Notes under the pieces: generated by a model
Database searches by the model: none
What the model was told of the DNA's origin: nothing
What the model saw: the letters and a program-made list of their open reading frames with translations, nothing else
Program-made: the position numbers and the translations under genes
DNA from: Thermoproteus tenax Kra 1
Lineage (GTDB): Archaea > Thermoproteota > Thermoprotei > Thermoproteales > Thermoproteaceae
Assembly: GCF_000253055.1 (NCBI RefSeq)
Contig: NC_016070.1
Location: 120,001 to 152,000 of the forward strand
Reading direction: 5' to 3'
DNA: 32,000 bases
Part shown: positions 24,944 to 32,000 of the stretch, piece by piece
Position numbering within the stretch: the stretch's first letter is position 1
How the letters are laid out: each line of letters starts with the position of its first letter

Positions 24944-25203
24944 AACAGATAAATAAACTTCATTTATAGGTGCTCAGCACAACCCCCAAAATTTCCATTC
25001 TCTTGTTGGCGATTGCCGTCCAAGTTGGACGCGAGCGGCTATAGATCTGGTTGGCTACGCGCCAAATAGGCTAAGGCCGGCGGCCGCCCGAATTGTCGTC
25101 AAGGTGTTTCCCGACGTCTAGATCTGTTGGACGGGCACCTCCTCTGAACTACGATCGCTACGCATCGTTCCGTTTTGTTGCGCATAAAGCGGGATAAGGC
25201 GAA

Positions 25204-25288
25204 GCCGGCAGTCTAGCGGAAGGATGCCCGCTTGGCGCGCGGGAGATCCCGATCCGCGAGGCTGCGCAGAGAAGGTTCAAATCTCGAC
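25204..25288 (+). pseudogene. Disrupted tRNA-Ala-like copy
   Basis: 25204-25251 matches 24010-24057 at 47/48 positions, then about 22 unrelated nt, then a T-arm-like GGTTCAAATCTCGACC. No acceptor stem can form. Confidence 0.8.
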
Positions 25289-25303
25289 CATCGTTATATC
25301 TCT

Positions 25304-25810
25304 GTGAATTATAAGGCTCTGTTGACCTCGGCCTATCTGCTCGGCGCCGCGGCCATAGCTATAGCCATATACCTCATACTCGTGCCCTACTCTGTTACAA
25401 CATACTATATTGGTCCTCTGAGACCGATGAACATATCGGTGGACGGCAACATAGTCTTGATATTCATCAACAACACGGGAGAGAGCACCATCCATATCCC
25501 AGTGACAGTGGGTGAGTCGGTCTTAGGAGTGAGCTTCGTCAACAACGCCACCCTAGTGGCGGGGGCCCACACTGTGGCACTCTACAATTTCTCATACCCT
25601 AAGTATGTATCATTTAATCAAACATTTGAAAATGTGAAAATTACAATAAAAGGTATAAAAATACCATTAATAAATAAAATATTAACTCTAATAATGATAA
25701 TTTTATTTATATTAATGATGGCACTGTTAATAATCGGATATCTATTTTATATTCAACATAGTGCAAGTAGGAGATCTTTTACAGACAGAGGAATACTTAA
25801 AAACAATTAA
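25304..25810 (+). CDS. Membrane protein of unknown function (two TM segments, extracellular beta domain)
   Basis: ALLTSAYLLGAAAIAIAIYLILVPYSV...ILTLIMIILFILMMALLIIGYLFYIQ. The ORF-track start (TTG 25232) lies in the tRNA-like remnant; GTG 25304 preferred. Confidence 0.6.
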   Translation: MNYKALLTSAYLLGAAAIAIAIYLILVPYSVTTYYIGPLRPMNISVDGNIVLIFINNTGESTIHIPVTVGESVLGVSFVNNATLVAGAHTVALYNFSYPKYVSFNQTFENVKITIKGIKIPLINKILTLIMIILFILMMALLIIGYLFYIQHSASRRSFTDRGILKNN

Positions 25811-25823
25811 ATGGGAGTAGTCT

Positions 25824-28484
25824 ATGTCGGCCAGAAAAACAACGATAACGGCGGCGCTCATAGCTGTCTTGGTTCTGTCCGTATATCTCGCCCACGCCCA
25901 AACGACGATGCCGCAGACGGTCACAGTGCTGGAGGTGCCAACAGACCAAGTGCCACTATATTTCCAGAGCGGTAAAATAGACCTATATCTCAACCCCTGG
26001 GCCCTTCCGCCGAACATAATAGCGCAGCTACAGCAGAACCCGAACATAACCTTTGTGAGCCCCGGCATGATATCTGCATACGATCTGCTCTTCAACCCAT
26101 ATCCGAGCAATAAGACGTTCAACCCGTTCGCCTATAGGCAGTTCCGCTTCCTCATGAACTATCTAGTCGACAGAAGCGGAATAGTACAACAGGTGTTCCA
26201 CGGTCTGGCCACTCCGATGGTGACTTGGCCCGGCCCCTTCGCTCTGAATAGCTACATCCTAATGTTGCCCTTCGTATCTCAATACAACATCCACTACGAC
26301 CCTACCTATGTCAATGCATCTATATGGAGCCTCTTTAAGCAGATAAACCAGACGGACCCTGTTTGGCACGGCAGAATCTTGTGGATGAATAGCAAGTGGT
26401 ACTACATCCCGCCGAACTCCACCACTCCGCAGCCGGTGACTATAATATTCTTTATAAGAAGCGACGACCCATACCGCAATCAGATGGGCTTGATGTTCAC
26501 CGAGGCCCTGCAATCGTTGGGCTTCACAGTTAAGCCCATCTACGGCACATTGACTGACGCCCTTAACACAGTGTACGGCTCCAACCCTGCCGACATGCAG
26601 TGGCAGATCTACACTGAGGCCTGGAGCATAACTCCACAGCCTTGGGACACCAGCGCCGGCGCATACTTCTGTGCTTCCTGGAGTGGCGATATGCCTGGTT
26701 GGGGCGAGCCCGGATGGTGGCAGTACGCCAACGCCACGATAGACCAAATAACGCAGCAAGTCTCCTCGGGCAACTTCACGAGCTTGGAGCAATTCAAGCA
26801 GCTCTCGAAGGTAGCTCTGGACGACTGTTTCGCCGAGGCCGTCAGAGTCTGGCAAGTGGCTAGGGCAGCGGCGTATCCCGTCGTCTCCAATCTGAGGGAC
26901 TATATGCCCTCCGTCTTGGGCCTTGAGACTCCGTCTGGAGTCAAGTTCGCCTATGTGCCCGGCAAGACCACGTTGACCGTCGGCATGTTGCACGTAAGGC
27001 AGTTCCCATGGAACCCCATATCTTGGATCATATCTATGGACGCCTATACAGCTGACGATGTATTGGGATGGCTGTTCGACCCATTCATGGCCTACGACCC
27101 ATTCTCGGGAGAGCCAATACCGTACAGAGGGGCGTGGAGCGTCCAGCTGAGCCCCAACGGCTCAGCCATATACCCAGTGCCTCCCACGGCGGTCGTCTGG
27201 AACGCGACCTTGGGCAAGTGGGTCCAGATAGGGTCGGGCCATACGGCCAAGGCCGTGATCAGATATTACTACAACGGGACTTGGCTCGGCACGAACTGGC
27301 AGGATGGACAGCCAATAACTATGGCTGATGTGTTGATGTATTGGTATTGGACGTTCGATCTGGCCCAGGGCGCGCCCGACCTCGGCGCCAGCGCCCAGTA
27401 CATAAGCGACCTACAAGGCGCGCTGCAGCCCGGCGTGAGCACAATAGTTGGAGTTCAATTCTTCCCCAATGGTACCGTCGTGGTGTATTCCAACTACTGG
27501 TTCCCCGACCCCAATATAGTCGGCGCATATTACGCTCCGTACTACACTTGGTCGGTGCCGTGGGAGATCTATGCGGCCATGTTCCAGGCAATGAAGGACG
27601 GGAAGCTCGCGCTGACTAGGCCCGAGGCGCGCTCTATGAAGGTGCCTCAAGCCGATCTCACCGCCAAGGACAGTGCCCAGATCTTGGCCCAATATCTGGC
27701 CAACTGGAGCAACACCGGATACATCTGGGACAACGGATCCTGGGCCTGCGTGCCCGGCGTAGGCTGTATGTTGAACAAGTCTCAAGCTGTGCAGGCCTAC
27801 CAAGCCGCTCTGAGCTTCTACAACCAGTACGGCCACCTCTTCATAAGCAATGGACCCTATATACTGAAGTCGATAGTATCCACTACGCCGCAGTCGGCGG
27901 TCTTCACTCTCTGGAGCGGGTATCCGTTCAACTACTCCTATTGGTACTACAAGCTGTACGGCGCATTGCCTTCAGTGCCGCCCAACCCGCTGGCGTCCGT
28001 GGTGTCTGTGTCGCCCACTACTATAGTGGCCGGCCAGCCCAACACTATAACTGTCTCAGTGCAAGCGATCGGCCTCCCGAGGGCCTACGTCTATATCACT
28101 AACCCGCAAGGCCAGGTGGTCTACAGCGGCACTGTATCTTCAAACACGCCGGGACAGCTCACAATATCACTGCCCGCCAGCGCTGTCCCAACGCCTGGCG
28201 TCTATACAGTGAACATGTTGCTCTACACTGACAAAGTGACTGTGCCGACTACCTACACGGCTACTATCGCCGCGGTCGGTGCCATAACGACGACAGCGAC
28301 CACAACCGCAACAGCGACTACTACGGCTACTGCAACAGCGACCACAACCGCAACAGCGACTACTACAGCGACAGTAACGACCACAGTGACAGCTCCAACG
28401 GTGCCCAGTTGGGTCTGGGCGCTCGTGGCCCTTGTGGTTATTCTAATAATAATAGTGGCCATATTGGCTATCAGAAGGCGCTAA
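25824..28484 (+). CDS. Peptide/oligopeptide ABC transporter substrate-binding protein (SBP family 5)
   Basis: 886 aa, signal peptide, SBP_bac_5-like body, Thr/Ala-rich linker then C-terminal TM (WVWALVALVVILIIIVAILAIRRR). Confidence 0.88.
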   Translation: MSARKTTITAALIAVLVLSVYLAHAQTTMPQTVTVLEVPTDQVPLYFQSGKIDLYLNPWALPPNIIAQLQQNPNITFVSPGMISAYDLLFNPYPSNKTFNPFAYRQFRFLMNYLVDRSGIVQQVFHGLATPMVTWPGPFALNSYILMLPFVSQYNIHYDPTYVNASIWSLFKQINQTDPVWHGRILWMNSKWYYIPPNSTTPQPVTIIFFIRSDDPYRNQMGLMFTEALQSLGFTVKPIYGTLTDALNTVYGSNPADMQWQIYTEAWSITPQPWDTSAGAYFCASWSGDMPGWGEPGWWQYANATIDQITQQVSSGNFTSLEQFKQLSKVALDDCFAEAVRVWQVARAAAYPVVSNLRDYMPSVLGLETPSGVKFAYVPGKTTLTVGMLHVRQFPWNPISWIISMDAYTADDVLGWLFDPFMAYDPFSGEPIPYRGAWSVQLSPNGSAIYPVPPTAVVWNATLGKWVQIGSGHTAKAVIRYYYNGTWLGTNWQDGQPITMADVLMYWYWTFDLAQGAPDLGASAQYISDLQGALQPGVSTIVGVQFFPNGTVVVYSNYWFPDPNIVGAYYAPYYTWSVPWEIYAAMFQAMKDGKLALTRPEARSMKVPQADLTAKDSAQILAQYLANWSNTGYIWDNGSWACVPGVGCMLNKSQAVQAYQAALSFYNQYGHLFISNGPYILKSIVSTTPQSAVFTLWSGYPFNYSYWYYKLYGALPSVPPNPLASVVSVSPTTIVAGQPNTITVSVQAIGLPRAYVYITNPQGQVVYSGTVSSNTPGQLTISLPASAVPTPGVYTVNMLLYTDKVTVPTTYTATIAAVGAITTTATTTATATTTATATATTTATATTTATVTTTVTAPTVPSWVWALVALVVILIIIVAILAIRRR
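28293..28366 (+). repeat. Intragenic 32-nt perfect repeat (28293-28324 and 28335-28366) encoding the Thr/Ala linker
   Basis: acagcgaccacaaccgcaacagcgactactac occurs twice exactly, 42 nt apart. Confidence 0.9.
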
Positions 28485-28501
28485 AAGGAATAAAATAAAT
28501 A

Positions 28502-28511
28502 CCCCCCTTTT
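28502..28511 (+). terminator. Pyrimidine tract CCCCCCTTTTC after the SBP gene, possible partial terminator
   Basis: Sequence tract only. Confidence 0.3.
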
Positions 28512-28524
28512 CTATATATTCTCT

Positions 28525-29631
28525 ATGGGTCTATTGAGAAGTCTTGCTCTCAGAGCAGTAAATCTGGCCATCATATTGTTCGTGGTTTTATTCGCTATAT
28601 CTTACGTATTGTCGGGCCCGGCTGCGCAGCTGTTGAAGTCGCAGATAGAGCTCGAGGCCAGAGCTCTGGTCTCCCAGCTCGCCAAATCAGGCCACTATAC
28701 GCCAGCCCAGATTCAGGAGCTCTACAACACTCTCGTCGATGAGCTCTCAAGATCCTATGGGCTGAATCAGCCCACGTTCATCAGAGTCTTCTATATAATA
28801 TACAACATGATGACGTTCAACTGGGGCTATTCTTATTTTCCCGATATATACGGGATAGCGTCCGGCAAAGTCTCTGACATTATCGCCTCGGCGTTGCCTG
28901 GAACCATTTTGTTGGACACCTTCGGCATACTATTGAGCGCCTTCATCGGCATACAGATAGGTCTCCGCTCCGCTCTTAAGTACGGCAGCAGAAGCGACAG
29001 AGCCGTCATGTACTACGGCGCAGTCTCCAACGGTCTGCCGCAGTGGTGGGTGGGCGTATTGTTGCTCCTAGTGTTCAGCTTCTACTTGGAGTCTTTGAAA
29101 TCGCCCATATACTTCCCAGCGGGGGGCATCTTAAGTCCGCAGTACTACTCCCTCTGGTTTACAAACCCAGGCGCCGTCTTCGTCAACCCTAAGACTCTGG
29201 CCGACCTTCTCTGGCACTTTGTGTTGCCTCTGGCGACCGTCCTAATAGTAAACATAGGAGGATGGGCCTACTTCGCCAGAACGGTCACGTTGAATGTGGC
29301 ACAAGAGGACTTTGTCACATTCGCCAAGGTGAGAGGGCTCCCGGAGGGCAGAGTCACCAGCCGTTATATTCTTAGGCCGGCGGCCCCCGCGATTCTGACG
29401 AGCATCATGTTGTCGCTACCGTTTATCATCTTCGGAGGCTTCATAATAACTGAGGCAGTATTTCGTTGGTGGGGCCTCGGCTACGTTTACAACTTGGCCA
29501 TCTTCGCCCCGACCCCCGATCTCCCCGTCATAGTGGCTCTAACTTATGCGTCTACTCTGCTCTATATCGTCTTAGTGCTCGTGTTGGAGGTGCTCTACAT
29601 AGTGTTGGATCCAAGGATAAGGTCGGAGTAG
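28525..29631 (+). CDS. Peptide ABC transporter permease, DppB type
   Basis: 368 aa; NIGGWAYFARTVTLNVAQEDFVTFAKVRGLPEGRVTSRYILRPAAPAILTS. Confidence 0.92.
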   Translation: MGLLRSLALRAVNLAIILFVVLFAISYVLSGPAAQLLKSQIELEARALVSQLAKSGHYTPAQIQELYNTLVDELSRSYGLNQPTFIRVFYIIYNMMTFNWGYSYFPDIYGIASGKVSDIIASALPGTILLDTFGILLSAFIGIQIGLRSALKYGSRSDRAVMYYGAVSNGLPQWWVGVLLLLVFSFYLESLKSPIYFPAGGILSPQYYSLWFTNPGAVFVNPKTLADLLWHFVLPLATVLIVNIGGWAYFARTVTLNVAQEDFVTFAKVRGLPEGRVTSRYILRPAAPAILTSIMLSLPFIIFGGFIITEAVFRWWGLGYVYNLAIFAPTPDLPVIVALTYASTLLYIVLVLVLEVLYIVLDPRIRSE

Positions 29632-29634
29632 GCC

Positions 29635-31038
29635 ATGTCCGCCAAGAGAGAGCTCAGAATACTGGGGATGACGCCGGGGGAGATATGGAGAGGCTTTATC
29701 TCAACGGCCACCGGGAAAATCGCCCTAATATTCTTCATAGTAATGGTGGCGTTCTCAGCGTATTCGTACATCGCTCTGCCCCCCAATTTCGGATCCCTGT
29801 GGAACACGCCGTCCTATTGGCAAGCTAATCCCAAGTATGCCCCTCCAGCTTGGATCAATCTGTTCACCAACAACGCATATTCTCCGCAGATTACGATAAC
29901 CGACTTCAACTTCACGGGCGGGTCCGCCAACGGTATGACCTACGCCATTATTACGTTCTCAGTGGACTACCACTACTTATACCCATGGCGCGACATGTTC
30001 CTCATAGTGAGGAACCCCGCTGTGTACAACGCCTCGACAGTGGCCTTAGTAACTGTGCAGAGGCCCGATGGACGCACGATACAGATAGGGCCTGTGGCCG
30101 TTGACCGCCAGTTCCTCTCGTTGGGCCTCACACCGCAAGTTGCATCGCAAGTAGACAGCTTCTATCAGCAGAACTTCGGCCTAGCCTCAGCTGTGCCGGC
30201 GGGCTCCTCGGCGGTTCCCTACTTCTTTTATACGATCGAAAATAATAAGCTCACTCCACTAAATGGTATTTATAAATTTACCATCAATATATATTCATTT
30301 ACCAATAAACATTTAATAAATAAAAATGATATATCAATAGTCTTGGAGGGACAAGTGTACGGGCTGATGGGCACTGACTACCTGGGGCACGACCTATGGC
30401 AAGGCCTCCTTGCGGGCTTTCCGATCGATCTCGCGGTCGGCCTCCTCACGGCGGCAATCGTTGTAACGTTGGCCATACTCGTGGGAGTCATCGCCGCATT
30501 CTACGGAGGGTTCGTCGACGAGGTGCTGACGAGGATCACCGACTTCTTCATTCTCCTGCCCGCTTTCCCGCTCTTAATAGTGTTCTCCGTCCTCTTCCAG
30601 TGGAGCATCTGGGACGCCGTGGTGTTCCTCGCCGCTGTGTCTTGGGGCGGCTCAGCCCGTATAATCAGGGCTATGATATTGCAGATCAAGAACTCGCCGT
30701 TTATCGAAAGCGCTGTGGCGGCGGGAGCGGGTAAGCTTTGGGTGCTCCGCAACCACATATTGCCCATGGTCATGCCCTATACTCTCTACCTCTTTGTCGT
30801 GAACGTGCCGGGAGGAATCTTGACGCTCTCGGCCATAAACTTCTTCAATCTGGCCGGCGCCGAGCTTCCCACGTGGGGCAACATACTGGCCTATGCGAAC
30901 GAATACGGCGCTCTGACGTCGGGCTATTGGTGGTGGGTCGTGCCGCCGGGCCTGCTGATCACCTTCGTGGCAGTGACATTCATATTCGTGGCCATGGGCC
31001 TCGAGCCCGTGGTTAATCCAAGGCTCAGACACGCATAG
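29635..31038 (+). CDS. Peptide ABC transporter permease, DppC type
   Basis: 467 aa; GTDYLGHDLWQGLLAGFPIDLAVGL...SWGGSARIIRAMILQIKNSPFIESAVAAGAGKLWVLRNHILPMVMP. Confidence 0.92.
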   Translation: MSAKRELRILGMTPGEIWRGFISTATGKIALIFFIVMVAFSAYSYIALPPNFGSLWNTPSYWQANPKYAPPAWINLFTNNAYSPQITITDFNFTGGSANGMTYAIITFSVDYHYLYPWRDMFLIVRNPAVYNASTVALVTVQRPDGRTIQIGPVAVDRQFLSLGLTPQVASQVDSFYQQNFGLASAVPAGSSAVPYFFYTIENNKLTPLNGIYKFTINIYSFTNKHLINKNDISIVLEGQVYGLMGTDYLGHDLWQGLLAGFPIDLAVGLLTAAIVVTLAILVGVIAAFYGGFVDEVLTRITDFFILLPAFPLLIVFSVLFQWSIWDAVVFLAAVSWGGSARIIRAMILQIKNSPFIESAVAAGAGKLWVLRNHILPMVMPYTLYLFVVNVPGGILTLSAINFFNLAGAELPTWGNILAYANEYGALTSGYWWWVVPPGLLITFVAVTFIFVAMGLEPVVNPRLRHA

Positions 31039-31040
31039 CC

Positions 31041-32000
31041 ATGCCGCTCCTAGAGGTCAAAAACGCAAGGCTCTACTATCAGACGACCAAAGGGATACTC
31101 AGGGCGTTAGACGGCGTATCCTTCGAGTTGGGGGAAGGAGAGACGCTGGCCATAGTCGGCGAGACTGGCAGCGGCAAGTCGACGTTGGCCAAGCTGATAA
31201 CTAGGGTGTGGGAGAGGAACGTGGCTCTGGTCGACGGGGAGGTGTATCTTGAAAACGAGGAGATCCTCCACATGCCTGAAGAGAGGTTCAGAAAGGAGAT
31301 AAGGTGGCGCAAGGTAGCCATGGTGCCTCAAGCGTCTATGAATGCGCTCAACCCTGTGATTACCATCGGGGAGCAGATGGTGGAGCCCCTCGTGCTCCAA
31401 GGAGTGCCGAAACAAGAGGCCGTGCGCCTAGCCGCAGATTCGTTGGAGTCCGTAGGTCTCCCGAGGGACATCCTATCGAGATATCCTCACCAGCTCTCGG
31501 GCGGCATGAAGCAACGCGTGGTGATAGCCATGGCCATTATGGTGAGGCCGAAGTTGCTAATACTGGACGAGCCCACGTCGGCGCTCGACGTAATGACGCA
31601 AGCCAACATTATGAATCTCTTGAAGGAGCTCAAGAACAGGCTCAAGTTGAGCTACATCTTCATTACTCACGATCTGGCTCTGGCCAGCGAGCTCGCAGAC
31701 TCTGTGGCGGTAATGTACGCCGGCAAGATAGTGGAGATAGGAAGCGCGGACGACGTATACACAGCCCCGGCCCATCCGTATGCCCAAGGGCTGATGTCCA
31801 GTATGCCCACGCTGAGGACCGACAAGGCCCTCTCCTATATACCCGGCGAGGTGCCGAGCTTGATCGATCCGCCCAGAGGATGTCGCTTCCACCCGCGTTG
31901 TCCGTACTTCTCCAAGGAGCCTGGCCTCAGGGGGCTCTGCGACGCCGAGGAGCCGCCGCAGGCGGAGATATCGCCTTGGGCGCACCGCCGCCATCTGGCC
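31041..32000 (+). CDS. Peptide ABC transporter ATP-binding protein, DppD type (continues beyond right edge)
   Basis: Own translation: MPLLEVKNARLYYQTTKGILRALDGVSFELGEGETLAIVGETGSGKSTLAK...LSGGMKQRVVIAMAIMVRPKLLILDEPTSALD...HPYAQGLM...CRFHPRCP. Confidence 0.93.
   Translation, partial: MPLLEVKNARLYYQTTKGILRALDGVSFELGEGETLAIVGETGSGKSTLAKLITRVWERNVALVDGEVYLENEEILHMPEERFRKEIRWRKVAMVPQASMNALNPVITIGEQMVEPLVLQGVPKQEAVRLAADSLESVGLPRDILSRYPHQLSGGMKQRVVIAMAIMVRPKLLILDEPTSALDVMTQANIMNLLKELKNRLKLSYIFITHDLALASELADSVAVMYAGKIVEIGSADDVYTAPAHPYAQGLMSSMPTLRTDKALSYIPGEVPSLIDPPRGCRFHPRCPYFSKEPGLRGLCDAEEPPQAEISPWAHRRHLA

Noticed and set aside
24008-25251. Classical SSV-type att duplication from integrase-mediated insertion
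   Set aside because: The downstream copy mainly preserves the 5' part of the tRNA and not the 3' half, and no integrase gene lies between the copies.
25204-25300. Functional second tRNA-Ala or intron-containing tRNA
   Set aside because: Acceptor strands do not pair and the T stem has mismatches even when the extra 22 nt are removed; treated as a remnant.
26259-26993. 244-aa minus-strand ORF inside the SBP gene
   Set aside because: Antisense to a clear substrate-binding protein; composition looks like a frame shadow.
1-32000. CRISPR array, cas genes, toxin-antitoxin or transposase
   Set aside because: No regularly spaced repeats and no translated product resembling these families were seen.

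Overview
This is a crenarchaeal window, most likely Thermoproteales. That placement is inferred from leaderless promoters, ribosomal protein S30e and a CydA/CydA' pair. It carries a branched-chain amino-acid biosynthesis cluster: a leuA-like paralog at the left edge, leuD, ilvB, an ilvN-type ACT subunit, ilvC, ilvE, leuA, a cyclase and leuC. Next come two tandem CaiB/BaiF CoA-transferases, a Pct-type CoA-transferase and a flippase-like protein. These are followed by a PLP-fold protein fused to a winged helix that lacks the catalytic lysine, the CydA/CydA' pair, a peroxiredoxin and a rubrerythrin/VIT-like protein. The right part holds GC-rich noncoding segments, S30e, tRNA-Ala(GGC), an acetyltransferase, a disrupted tRNA-Ala copy and a peptide ABC transporter operon cut by the right edge. 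The strongest observation is at three biosynthesis genes (left-edge leuA-like, ilvB, leuA). Each has an ATG at the leaderless position, 23.5 nt from the TATA centre, followed by NNN-TCG-GGG. In all three that ATG is in the same wrong frame: a -1 slip on GGG would join it to the conserved protein. Without a slip, translation ends after a short peptide (MSSGKA*, MDSGVTSGLEGIAPIGWSTE*, MESGLVL*). This could be a frameshift or leader-ORF control of amino-acid biosynthesis in Archaea. Second is the PALP pseudoenzyme/winged-helix fusion. No CRISPR array or clear transposase was found.
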